Shown: positions 40,701 to 52,465 of the stretch, piece by piece
Numbering within the stretch: position 1 is the stretch's first letter
Layout of the letters: each line of letters begins with the position of its first letter
Assembly (NCBI GenBank): GCA_001938485.1
Contig: MQRK01231888.1
Coordinates: 1 to 64,000, forward strand
Length of the DNA: 64,000 nucleotides
Origin: Girardia tigrina
Lineage: Eukaryota
Direction: 5' to 3'
The notes under the pieces: model-generated
What the model was told of the DNA's origin: nothing
What the model saw: the letters and a program-made list of their open reading frames with translations, nothing else
Database searches by the model: none
Position numbers and translations under genes: made by a program

Positions 40701-41860
40701 GACGAAATGAGACTATGTCTAGATTTTAGACAGTTAAACCTAATTACAAAGAGACAGGCATTCTACATGCCAAATATAGCGGAAATGATGGATAGGCTAT
40801 ATGGAACCAAATATTTCAGCACAATAGACTCAGGAAACGCATACTACGAGGTAGAATTGGACAAGAAATCAAAGGTAAAAACGGCGTTTCCACTAAATCA
40901 GGACAATTCTGTTTTAAACGGATGCTTTTTGGGTTAGCAGCAGCCCCAGGAACATTTCAGGATCTAATGAACAAAGTATTAATACCGAAGAGAGTATCAG
41001 TTTATCTAGACGACATGTTAATAGCAACAAGCACTAAGGAAGAACATTATAACGTAGTCAAACAAGTATTTGGAAGAATAAAGGGGGCAGGATTAAGAAT
41101 CAAACCATCGAAATGTAAAATATTACGACAAGAAGTAAAATTTTTAGGACACGTTATAAATGATAAAGGGATACAGACAGACCCAGAAAAAAATAGCAGC
41201 AATAGAGAATTTTCAAAGACCCACATATATAAAAAATTTAAGAAGTTTTCTAGGAATTTGCAATTACTACAGAAGGTTTATAAATGGATATGCGAAAAAA
41301 GCTAAAATATTGGAAGGAATGTGTGGCTCGAATAAAGAAAAATTAATTTGGACAGATGCATTGGATATAGCTTTTCAGGGCATGAAAAAAGCATTGATAA
41401 CGGCACCAATATTGAGTTTTCCAAATTTCAAGAAACAGTTTATTCTAGATACAGACGCTAGTTTTGACAGCATAGGGGCGGTACTATCGCAGATAGGTGA
41501 ATCAGGCAAGGAGCAAGTAATAGTATATGGATCACATTCAATGTCATCACACGAAAAAGGATATTACATAACAAGAAAAGAACATTGGCAACGGGAAAAA
41601 AATAAACTGAGAACGGACCATAAAGCTATAACGTTCATGTTTCATACAAAGAAACCATTAAACAGGTCAATTCCAAACGTGGATGAATTACTTGAGCAGT
41701 TTAGATATAGAAATAGAAAACAGGAAAGGAGAACTAAACAACAACGCGGATATGCTATCCAGAAGAAATTTCGACGCGTGTACCAAGTGTCAAATGGAAC
41801 ATGAAGAAGCTAAATAGGGTAAGAATAAGACTAAATTGTTAGCAGTGACAGTAGAGGCAA
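37734..41860 (+). mobile_element. Decayed Ty3/gypsy retrotransposon (putative LTR, gag, PR, RT, RNase H; integrase missing)
   Basis: TG start shared with 13878; gag CWNCKEVGH / CRRCNNPGH; CLLDTRA; RLCLDFRQLN; VYLDDML; LDTDASFDSIGAVLSQ; many frameshifts. Confidence 0.92.
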
Positions 41861-41874
41861 AATGTATGTTCTGC

Positions 41875-41974
41875 ACCACCCCCGGGGGTGGTCCCCCGTT
41901 TTCATGGCAACGGTCACGGGTACCATAGCAACGGTCCCGGTTACCATAGCAATGGTCCCTGTTACCATAGCAAC
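41875..41974. promoter_or_regulatory. 18-bp GC palindrome followed by four 21-bp tandem units, each with an RFX X-box-like motif
   Basis: ACCACCCCCGGGGGTGGT (41875-41892); GTTTTCATGGCAAC (41898), GGTACCATAGCAAC (41919), GTTACCATAGCAAT (41940), GTTACCATAGCAAC (41961). Confidence 0.55.
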
Positions 41975-42313
41975 GGTTTAACCCTGTTTATAGCAATTTA
42001 ACCTGACTTATTAATCGATATGTGAAATAATTGATATGTGAAGTTCTCATTGATGAATATTTCTGTGGATTGTCATTTCCAGAAACCTTTGGTGATTTAT
42101 TATTTATTGTAAAATAAATATGTTTTGCCATGTACTTTTAACCTTTACCACCTGAAAGATACGTTTTACAATATTTACGAACCTAGCATGACAGTTTTAT
42201 CGCATGACTCTTGAAAATGCAATTAAACTATATCACCAAATTTCGTGTGATTAAAATATTATATACTTGACCACGTGTAAATGAAAACAATCTTTAGTTA
42301 ATTTATAATACAA

Positions 42314-44194
42314 ATGCTTATCTTCATCATAGTACATTATGCCTTAACTGGTTGGTTTCAGTACAATGATCCAAATGCTTGGAATACACCTGACTACCAT
42401 GACCATCATTCCATAAAAACATTAGATGAAGTTCCTGATGTATGCAGTTTATATCATGACGAAAAATGTGCCGAAAATTGGCTTTCGACAATTAATAAAA
42501 TTCAATCAATAAATATGAATAAATTGATGAATGTCGACTTTCGAAGTGCGATAAATAACAGTGTGGAAAATTCAAATTCCCTGAAAGAAATCGAATACCA
42601 ATATGAGATCTTTCATAGTACGGTTGTACAAAAGGCTAAAAAGTTTCAATTCAAGAACTTTAGTAATCCCGAAACCAGAAGAATTTTCAAGTTTCTTACT
42701 GGATCAATTGAAACATCAAATAAAACACTTTCAAAACAATTAATAGAAATAAACATGAACATTTCCTATACGTACAACAAAGCTAGACCTTGTTTTCAAA
42801 GGTGTTTAGTCCCGGGTGAAAATGGAATTCGAAAACTCTTTGCCAACGAAAGAAATTACGATGTTTTACTTGGGTTTTGGGACTCGTGGAGAGATGTCAC
42901 TGGAAAAAGGATTAAAAACTTGTTTATCGAACGAATGAAACTTTTAAATATTAAAGCCAGAGAAAACAATTACAAGAATTCAGCAAATTATGATCTTATT
43001 AAAGACTTTGAGGATGAAAATTTTGAAAGAGTCATTTTATCTTTATATAACGAAATTTTACCACTCTACAAAGAGTTGCATGGTTACGTGAGGTTTTGTT
43101 TGATGAAGTACTATCCAAATAGGTTTAATGGTAGTGGACCGATACCAGCACATATATTGGGTAACGTTTGGGGTCAGCAATGGAGTAATATATTTGATAT
43201 TATTCAAGCGTGTAGAAACAAAACAGTTTCAAGATCATTTAAAGAGGAAGTGAAGAAAAATTTAAATAATTTCAAATCAGAAAGAGAAATTTTCGTTATG
43301 GCGGAAAATTTCTTCGAATCGATTGGTTTATACAAAATGACAAAACAGTTTTGGGAAAGAAGTGTGTTTAGGAGTCGGAATGATGTGATAATGGATTGCC
43401 ACGGAAGTGCACATAATTTTATGAATAAACAAGATTTTCGAATCAAAATGTGTACTGAAAAAGCAATGGGTGATTTTGTGACAGCACATCACGAAATGGG
43501 TCACATTCAATATTATATGGCATATAAAAATTTACATTATGTTTTACAAAATTCAGCAAATGCGGGATTTCATGAAGCTATAGGTGACTTAATTGCTCTA
43601 TCAGTCCAAACTCCGGAACATATGTACAAAGTAGGCTTAATATCAAGTCTCCCGAAATCAGATGAGTTTGATATTGATTATCTTTTAGACATATCTTTAG
43701 ATAAGGTCGTTTTTCTTCCATTCGCATTAGTCATGGATAGTTTTGTCTGGAGTATATACAATGAATCTGTGCCTCCTTCAATGTTTAACGAATTTTGGTG
43801 GAATTTGAGGTATAAATATCAAGGTCTTAAACCACCTATACCAAGATCTAAAGAACATTTTGATCCAGGATCCAAATATCATGTTGCCTTCGATGTTTCT
43901 TATATTCGGTATTTTATTAGTCACTTACTTCAATTTCAGTTTTACGAAACTCTATGTAATATAAGTGGTTATAAGGGACCTCTTCATCGATGTGACTTTT
44001 ATCAGTCAAAAAAGGCCGGTAAAAAATTATTGGAAATGTTACAGTGGGGAAGAAGTAAACCATGGCCTACAATTTTAAAGTTATTTACGGGAACCTCGGA
44101 AGTAAGTGCAAAACCAATGCTAAAATTTTTTGAACCTCTTCATAAGTGGTTGGTTCAAGAAAACAGAAAATACTCTATTCCAGTTGGTTGGTGA
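42314..44194 (+). CDS. ACE: Angiotensin-converting enzyme-like peptidase (family M2), single domain, intronless, no TM anchor
   Basis: 626-aa ORF with HHEMGH and FHEAIGD zinc ligands, GPIPAHILGNVWGQQW, CHGSA and FDPGSKYH...YIRYF; ends IPVGW*; short hydrophobic N-terminus. Confidence 0.95.
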   Translation: MLIFIIVHYALTGWFQYNDPNAWNTPDYHDHHSIKTLDEVPDVCSLYHDEKCAENWLSTINKIQSINMNKLMNVDFRSAINNSVENSNSLKEIEYQYEIFHSTVVQKAKKFQFKNFSNPETRRIFKFLTGSIETSNKTLSKQLIEINMNISYTYNKARPCFQRCLVPGENGIRKLFANERNYDVLLGFWDSWRDVTGKRIKNLFIERMKLLNIKARENNYKNSANYDLIKDFEDENFERVILSLYNEILPLYKELHGYVRFCLMKYYPNRFNGSGPIPAHILGNVWGQQWSNIFDIIQACRNKTVSRSFKEEVKKNLNNFKSEREIFVMAENFFESIGLYKMTKQFWERSVFRSRNDVIMDCHGSAHNFMNKQDFRIKMCTEKAMGDFVTAHHEMGHIQYYMAYKNLHYVLQNSANAGFHEAIGDLIALSVQTPEHMYKVGLISSLPKSDEFDIDYLLDISLDKVVFLPFALVMDSFVWSIYNESVPPSMFNEFWWNLRYKYQGLKPPIPRSKEHFDPGSKYHVAFDVSYIRYFISHLLQFQFYETLCNISGYKGPLHRCDFYQSKKAGKKLLEMLQWGRSKPWPTILKLFTGTSEVSAKPMLKFFEPLHKWLVQENRKYSIPVGW

Positions 44195-44940
44195 GTGTGG
44201 AGTAACCCTTCCTCCTTGCGTTAATGTTTAATTAATGAGGCGCCTAACAGGACGATATAAACTGAATTTCCGTGAAATTAGGAAATATCGTTTATGATAA
44301 CATATTTGTTAGAGATAAAAGAGAGTTATGTATATATTTCGATTTATAATTTGTTATTTTGTATTTCTGTTGACTTTATGAAAGATTCTGCACTTAAATA
44401 TCGCATTATATTTGTAAGAGATTAATTGGAACTCACTTGTCCAATTTTATGTTTGCTTAGATTTGTATTTGATAAAAAAGTGTAAAAATAAAATACAAAA
44501 AGGATAAATTAAACGGAAATTTATAATTTTAATATTACTTTATATGAAAAAACATTTCCGTAACTTAATTGGAAACATTCTAGATTTGGTTGTAACTTCT
44601 TTTTTTCAGTAAGAACTGAATATTTTGGATTCATCAACACAATGTTTCCCGAACTTTTATTTTTCGCTTAAATATTTAGAATCCGACTAAATTCCCATCT
44701 GTTTTGAGAGAGTAATTTTTGCTAATTACTTTTTATGATTATTTATTTAGTGATTATGTATTCAACACCCCATCAGTATATCATTTATAAAACTTCTATG
44801 AAGTTGTAGAGAGTGTAGTTTGATCGTTAGTTTTTCGTTTCAGGATCTTATATATAGCGCGTCACATGTGTTACACTCTCTCTCCATAAATCTTAAATTG
44901 AGTGCAGTATTCTTTAAAATTTTCAGAAAAATTTAAAATA

Positions 44941-46229
44941 TTAGGTTGATCGAAAAATAATGGCGGTTTTTGAGCTTTATACTTTGTTTATCTACTTTGA
45001 TATGTATATAAGTTTAAATGCATTAGTGTTAGATATTATTTGAAATCTTATGCCTAGCTGTGTATTCCTATAGCCATTATTAACATATTACTGTTATTTT
45101 TTAGAATATTTACGATGCTAAATTAATAATGGAAAAAATTAAAATTCGAGCAATTTTCTTGTACGAATTTAAACTGGGTCGTAAAGCAACAGAAACGGCT
45201 CGCAATATCAATAAAGCGTTTGGCAAGGAAACAGCTTCTGAGCGCACAGTGCAACGGTGGTTCCGAAAATTTTCTGATGGAAATGAAAACCTTGAAGATG
45301 AAGAAGGTCGTAGTCGTCCAGTTGCTGTGAACAACGACAATTTGAGGACAATGATGGAAACAGATCCCCGTACAACAATCAGAGAACTTTCAGATGGGTT
45401 GGGCATTAGTCATTCAACAGTCCTGTATCATTTAAAACAACTTGGAAAAATCAAGAAACTTGATGAATGGGTTCCACATGATTTGAATGAAACTCAAAAG
45501 AACCGACGTTATGAAATTTGTTCTGCCAATCATCGTCGCAATAAAAACGATCCATTTCTTGATCGTATTGTTACCTGTGATGAGAAATGGATCCTGTATG
45601 ATAACCGACGTCGATCTGCACAGTGGTTNNNNNNNNNNNNNNNNNNNNNNNNNNNNNNNNNNNNNNNNNNNNNNNNNNAGGTTATGGTGACAGTTTGGTG
45701 GTGTGATGCTGGAATCATCCACTATAGTTTCTTGAATCCAGGTGAAACAATCACAGCGGAGAGGTACTATCATGAAATTGATGAAATGCATAAAAAAATG
45801 AAAACCCTTTGTCCGGGATTGGTCAATCGAAAAAGTCCCATCCTTCTTCAGGATAACGCTAGGCCTCATATTTCAAAAGGGACTCTTCAAAAGCTCAATG
45901 AGTTGGGCTATGAAACCATGCTTCATCCACCATATTCACCAGACCTATCGCCAACGGACTTCTACTTTTTCAGGCACTTGTACAACTTCCTACGTGAAAA
46001 AATTTTCAAAAACCAAAATGATGCTCAAAATGCCTTCCAAGAATTCGTCGCTTCGAGAACCGATGCNNNNNNNNNNNNNNNNNNNNNNNNNNNNNNNNNN
46101 NNNNNNNNNNNNNNNNAAATGTATTGATGCCAACGGTTCATACTTTGATTAATAAACTTTTGTTTCTGTGAATTTGCACGTCTTTAAAGTTTGTGTCCCA
46201 AAACCGCCATTATTTTTCGACCAACCTAA
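44941..46229 (+). mobile_element. Full-length mariner (cecropia/Hsmar1-like), transposase about 45129-46152, possibly intact
   Basis: TA|TTAGGTTGATCGAAAAATAATGGCGGTTTT TIRs|TA; WVPHDL, VTCDEKW, QDNARPH, YSPDLSPTDF (D,D34D); no stops in the sequenced parts, two small N gaps. Confidence 0.95.
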
Positions 46230-47950
46230 TATTTAAAAATCCAATCCTTCAATCATTAGTTAAAGTTATAAATTTTATAATAATATCGTGAACTCAGTTT
46301 GAAAGCATGTTCAACAATAAATCTCTTACACCTTTAGCGCTGTTGTCGAATTTCGTTTATCTATATACATGTGGGATAAAACTTGTATCATGTTTATGAG
46401 AGATTACAGGAACTAAGTCGCAATGAAGATGAAAATAATATGAAAGTATTATAATACGAATAAAAGTTTTCAAAATTTTCGATTTTTGTGCATTTGATTT
46501 AAGAATTATTCGGAGAGAACAATATGTAAATAGTTATAAATAAAACACTTTGATCAATGACTTTTTAAAATATAATAAGTTTAATTAGTTAATTTCATAA
46601 AACCAATTCTTATTTAATTAAATATTTAAATTGTCTGATTGATAAATTGTAGAAAGAATTGCAACACTTGAAAGTTTCTGAATGAAGTTTTAATCTTTCA
46701 AACTTTAAAGAACCATCGATATCTCAAAATAAATCTTCATAAACTTAGAGAAACTTTGGATAAGCTCGAATTCGCTGTGTTTTTACCAGCAAAAATCTGC
46801 ATGCAAACATTCAGATTAAATTTCAGTACTTTGCTTAATATTTAGACCAAAACATCTGGAGTATGACAACGGATGGATTCGTTATAATGAACAATGAAGG
46901 GTGAATGGGTTAAAGAATGGGTTATTCTTGACACATTTTATAGTACTAGACATGGGTTCACTAAAACTGTCAATTGAGATTGAACCTTGATGTAATGAAA
47001 TAAGCTACCCTAATACTGTTTAAAAATTTACAAACATACAATTTACATACATGGCTCAACGTCTTTTTATGTCATAAGTAAATAGAGATCGGAACTGTAA
47101 AGAAATATACTAGGAACATTTCACCACAGCCTTTTCGAGGGAACTGAATATCAATTAGACATTAATACTTTGAGTAGCTTAATATAAATACTCTATCAGT
47201 TCATTTAGGTAAGGCAGGCTTTGCAAAAGAGTTACATTGACCTGAAATACTCGGATGCTATCATAAAACAAGATTTCGGAATAATTTCATACACGTCTTA
47301 AAAACAGAAACTCCGTCGTGAAATTGTTGTGACTTACTTTCATCGTGATGCATATACGTTGATTTAAGAAGTTAAAGTGATGTAGGAACTTCAGAACATC
47401 CTTTTTCTTCTGAAGTATATTTCAGAAAATATTTGTGATTGAGTCTGCAGGAGAAGACCCTGTACAAATTTAGTTTCTTACATTATTACTAAGCGTTAAT
47501 AAATTATATTTAAGTAAAGATAAGGACAAATTGTGTTTTAAATGTGTTTTTTTCACAGCAAAAATGAAAAAAATAGCATTTAGTTAATTAAAAAAGTTGA
47601 AAATTCAAATTTTCTTCAAAATAAGAACATTGTTTGTAAATGTTTCTAAACTACTTTCAAATAAGTTGGTAAAATTGCTTTCAAACCAACAGATTCATTT
47701 TCCCATTAAATTAGTGACGCAAATATCGTAAGATTGTAGTTCTCAGAGAACAATAAAAAATAAACCATGAGAATACCAACAAAATGTATCTGTGGTGTTC
47801 ATAAAAACGCGAATCATACTCAATTCCTTGTAAGTTAACTAGTGATTCAAATCCGAAAAAGATTGAAAGTATGAAAATACAAAAAAATAATGAAAAATAT
47901 TTAATCAAAATATTCAAATAGATAAAACATAAATTTTAAAAGACAGTTAT

Positions 47951-49981
47951 TTACCATCCGACATGAATTTTTAATTTTTCGTTTCTCTCTTTCAACCATT
48001 TATAAAGAGGATCGAAGAACTTTAACAAAGAGTCAGACTTGATTTCTTCGTTACCTGTTAAATTTTTTAATGTCTTCTTCCAATGTTGACGTTTTCCTTC
48101 TTTCAACATATCTAACAATTTTCTTCCTGCTTCTTTCGACTCATAGTAATCACATCGATGTAAAGGACCTTCATAACCACTTATATTGCACATCGATTCA
48201 TAAAATTGGAATTGAGATATGAAACTAATAAAATATCGAATATAAGAAATACCGAATGCAATATGATATTTTGCTCCAGGATCGAAATCCTTTTCCGTTC
48301 TTTCTACAGGAGGTTTAATTCCTTGATATTTCTCTCTCAACTTCCACCAATGTTCATTTAGTTTAGACGTTGGTACGGATCCATTGTATACTCCCCATAT
48401 GTAACTATCCATTATTAAAGCAAAGGGTAAAAATGCAACTTTATCCAATGCTGTTGCCATTAAATATTCTATATCGAAATCTTCGGTTTTAGGTATACTT
48501 GAAATAAGACCAATTTTGTGAAGATGTTCCGGTGTATTAACAGACAATGCAATTGTATCACCAACAGCTTCATGGAATGCAGCATTGGCAGAATCTCTAA
48601 AAACAAAAGGTAAATTTGCATAAGCCATAAAATATTCAATATGGCCCATTTCATGATGGATTGTAGAAAGGTCTTCCAGATTCCTCCTAGTGCACATTGA
48701 TATTCTGAAATCTCTTCCATTCATAAAATCGTGTGCACTTCCATGACAGTCCATTATTTTATCTTTCGGTTGTTGTATAACACTTCTTTCCCAAAACTCG
48801 TCCGTCATTTTATACATTCCAATCGACACAAAAAATTCTTCNNNNNNNNNNNNNNNNNNNNNNNNNNNNNNNNNNNNNNNNNNNNNNNNNNCACTTCTTT
48901 CCCAAAACTCGTCCGTCATTTTATACATTCCAATCGACACAAAAAATTCTTCTGCTATTTTAAATAATTCTTTAACAGAATACCTTTTAAGATTTTCATT
49001 AGCTTCTGAAAGATAATTATTATCATTCGATATTTCATTACACTGTTTTATTATAGGAAAGATATTTCCCCATTGTTGAGCCCAAACATTTCCAAATAAA
49101 TGTGCAGGAATCGATCCGTTTTGATCGAATCTTCCCGGATAATATTTTGCGAGACAATATCTAACATAAGCGTGTAATTCTTTGTAAAGAGGTAAAATAT
49201 TTTCGTAAAGTTTAAATACTGTTTTATCGAAATCGTTTTCTTCGAATTCAGTCATAAGGTTAAATGAAGCAGCGTCTTTATGACCGTTTTCTCGCGCCCC
49301 TGTGTTTTCTAAGCTCATTTTCTCAACAAACAAATCCCTTATTTTCGAACCGGTAACATTGTTCCAAGATACCCAGAATCTGCTCAATTTATCATAATCT
49401 CTCTCCTTTCGGAACAAATCTATAATTCCCGATTCTCCCGGTCTCAAACATTCAGGTGCACAAGGTTTACCATTGTTATAAATTCGAGATATATCATTCT
49501 CAATTTCGACGATTCTCTTCGAAATAGATTCATTTTTACTTACCGAAGTAAACGATAATAATTTACATATTCGACGAATTTCAAACGATTTGAAGGTTTT
49601 CCATTTAAACTTTCCAGCTTTTAATTTTAGTAATTTCGATACTTTCTTTCCTTTCACTTGAAATCTTTTTAACAATTTTAAATTCTTTTCGTTAATATCC
49701 GAGAGATAATTATAATTTACATTCGACAATCGATTTTCATTCCGTAATATAATTTTCTCAATTTCTTCGTGCCATTCTTTAGCACAGTTTTCATCCGAAT
49801 AATCCTCACAAATGTCGGGATAACTTTCCAGATCCGTTAAATTATAATAACTGTCGAAAATATTCGATTTACGAGAATCGTTCTCATCATTAATCAAAGC
49901 TTCTATTTCAGAATCAATGGATTTATCCGAGTAAACTGAAAGAATAAATGTAAGTAACGTAATGTGCTGGTAGAACTTCAT
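47951..49981 (-). CDS. ACE: Second ACE-like M2 peptidase, single domain, intronless, with signal peptide (about 639 aa after removing the gap artefact)
   Basis: MKFYQHITLLTFILSVYS signal-like N-terminus; HHEMGH, FHEAVGD, FDPGAKYH...YIRYF; ends IHVGW*. A 61-nt sequence is duplicated on both sides of the N gap at 48842-48891. Confidence 0.95.
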   Translation of the reverse strand: MKFYQHITLLTFILSVYSDKSIDSEIEALINDENDSRKSNIFDSYYNLTDLESYPDICEDYSDENCAKEWHEEIEKIILRNENRLSNVNYNYLSDINEKNLKLLKRFQVKGKKVSKLLKLKAGKFKWKTFKSFEIRRICKLLSFTSVSKNESISKRIVEIENDISRIYNNGKPCAPECLRPGESGIIDLFRKERDYDKLSRFWVSWNNVTGSKIRDLFVEKMSLENTGARENGHKDAASFNLMTEFEENDFDKTVFKLYENILPLYKELHAYVRYCLAKYYPGRFDQNGSIPAHLFGNVWAQQWGNIFPIIKQCNEISNDNNYLSEANENLKRYSVKELFKIAEEFFVSIGMYKMTDEFWERSXXXXXXXXXXXXXXXXXEEFFVSIGMYKMTDEFWERSVIQQPKDKIMDCHGSAHDFMNGRDFRISMCTRRNLEDLSTIHHEMGHIEYFMAYANLPFVFRDSANAAFHEAVGDTIALSVNTPEHLHKIGLISSIPKTEDFDIEYLMATALDKVAFLPFALIMDSYIWGVYNGSVPTSKLNEHWWKLREKYQGIKPPVERTEKDFDPGAKYHIAFGISYIRYFISFISQFQFYESMCNISGYEGPLHRCDYYESKEAGRKLLDMLKEGKRQHWKKTLKNLTGNEEIKSDSLLKFFDPLYKWLKERNEKLKIHVGW

Positions 49982-51114
49982 CACAATCAATAGAAGTGAT
50001 GTTTGATTTGAGCAGTATTAAGTATTGATTTCTGCACATTTCAATGATAAAATGAGTGTCAATAAGAATGAGTGGTCACAGCACTTTTAGAACATCAATC
50101 AGTCAGCCAGGCAGTTATGTTTAAACTTTTATGTCTAAAATAACTCAAAATATTTATATGTTGTTTTTAACAGACCAATTGTATTTAAAGTGTAAATCAT
50201 TTAAATTAGAATATAAGTCGGGTATAAAATAGTAAAGAAGAATTTTGCAGAGGAACACGAACCGGAAGAAAGCATCTTTTTCTTTGGTATATGTATAACT
50301 ACTAGTTTTATTTAATGTAATATTTCATTTCCTTGCACGCTTTTTTTTCATTTGGATTATTTGGTTGTCTTACCACTTATTCTTTGGTTTAATTGCCTTC
50401 TATCTTTACCATTGTGATTTACTAATGACTTGATTTGATATTGTTAAATTCTGACATTTTTGACGAACCCTATGTGAATCGAACTCAAGATTAAGAGTGG
50501 TAAAATTGTATTTCGATGCAAATTTATATTTTTTAAAACAAATTTCTGAGGAACATAATTGTTTATTCTCAAACTTTTTGAAATAAATATAGTGTAATAT
50601 AAATATGAATACGATAAAATTTTATTACTTCACAATTTTTAAATTTACAATTTCTGAAATTTAAAGTTTTAACTATGTTGTGTTGTTCAAAAGCTAATAA
50701 TCTGTTTGTTAGTTCAAATATGTTTATTTTTATGAATGTTGATTGAAATTGTTATTTACAAAAATTGTTTATTTTTTTTAACGAGTTATTTATGTCAAAA
50801 AATATATTAAGTTTTCTTTTTAAGAAAAAACTTTAATATATAAAATATAATTGTTCAAAATAAGTTAATTAGCGAAAGCTAATTACACAATTTAATAGAA
50901 TCAATAAAAATTAATATTCGTTGCATTTTTATTATTCATTTATTATTACAATTACGGTTTATTACCCACAATTTGTATACATCACAATAAACAATTTGTA
51001 AAATTTTAAAAATTTACAGTTTCACAATTAAAATTTTACAATTTTACAATTTAAAATTATGACGTTGTTAGAGTGAATCGTCTGGTCTTAATTTTACCCT
51101 TCTTTGCTTGTTCA

Positions 51115-51637
51115 CAGTGCCGTATTAAGCACAGTTGAGGCCCATAGACAGTCAAACTTTAGTGACCCGAGGCGCCTAAGTTAGTACCAGACTAAAATTT
51201 CCATTTGCGAATTTCACCGGCAAGTACTTTCTTAATGTATGTAAGTATTTTAGCTTATTTTTCATTGCACTGTCATTCACTCAGCCGATAGTAACGTAAA
51301 TGTTGGTATGTTGTAATGAGACACTGACGGCGTGCTATTTTTATCGGCGGCGGCTCGCCGGGTTTTTTACGCACTGTTTTTGGCAGAAAGTAACAATTCT
51401 CGAGTTCAGTAAATTTGAGTCAACCATAAACGAATGCGAGTAACATGTTGACAGTCGAATGTTCCATGTTGAAAATGACTTATTTAAATTTTTTAATGTT
51501 TTTTTTCTGTCAATTGTCGTTGCTAACTTGCTAATATCTGTAAATTTGTAACTCAATATAATACAATATTATAATACATTTATTTTTTATCCTTAGGCCC
51601 GTGGACCCTACTTTGCCTAATGGGTAATCTGGATCTG
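51115..51637. mobile_element. hAT-type MITE
   Basis: CAG...CTG termini with perfect 8-bp TSD CTTGTTCA at 51107-51114 and 51638-51645. Confidence 0.85.
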
Positions 51638-51699
51638 CTTGTTCATGTACTTTATACATTGTAAGTACGTCACACAATTTTGACTAGATAATATAACTG

Positions 51700-52208
51700 C
51701 TTTACCACATAATGCTTCTTTTTTCTATTCCATTTCGATAACCAGACTTCTAAAGTAGTTAATCCACATTTGTGATCGCTTAGATGCTTTCTTGTGTGTA
51801 GTATGAATGATATTACATTGTTGTATTGCAGTCGGAAACTCATTCACACCTTATAATACACCGACATCTACATGCATTACAAAACACAATTTATAAAAAG
51901 AAGAGAAAAAGGAGACAGTGATAGTCAATACATATATTTGAAATTTAGCACAATGTTGAAAGGTTATTGAATCCCGATAGATGTCGCCTGAGGCATTTCT
52001 GATCTTCTCGCATTTCCCCCAGAGCATTGTGAATACGTCGTAGAAACTGAAATATTACATAAATGATTAAAAACAGACAAAGTCGCACAAAAACTCACCC
52101 GATGGAGAAAGCTGGACATCTGACCCTCCCTAGATAGATTTTCGTATAGAGCATCAGTAGTGGTAACCCATCTGAGAATCATAGTACCCCGAAACAAGTT
52201 ATAGACCC
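51700..52208 (-). pseudogene. Spliced gene fragment of unknown identity, divergent from the Rab24-like exon
   Basis: Short GT-AG intron-like segments on - (ttcag|GGTC...CATCGG|gtgagt...tttcag|TTTC); all frames contain stops. Confidence 0.4.
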
Positions 52209-52465
52209 TGAAGATGTAAAAGTTAATTAATAATAATAAATAATAATTATTATTATTTATTAGAAAATGGAGTTCAATCGATAACGATTGGACGAATAAA
52301 AATTTAATGTAATTAATAAATATAAATGTCGAAAAAATACAAAATTGTTTAAATAATCTCATTGAACTCGATTTCCAAATAAACGATTGCAAAAAAACGA
52401 ATTCGCTTTTTTATTCGGTTTTCAATCTATTCGGTGTTATTTTTTATCATCAATTTCGATTTGTA

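Noticed and set aside
41898-41980. CRISPR-like repeat array
   Set aside because: Eukaryotic context, 21-bp tandem units with no unique spacers, and no cas genes.
48781-48952. Apparent internal duplication EEFFVSIGMYKMTDEFWERS in the second ACE gene
   Set aside because: Identical 61-nt copies flank a 50-N gap, typical of an unmerged contig overlap; removing 111 nt restores colinearity with the paralogue.
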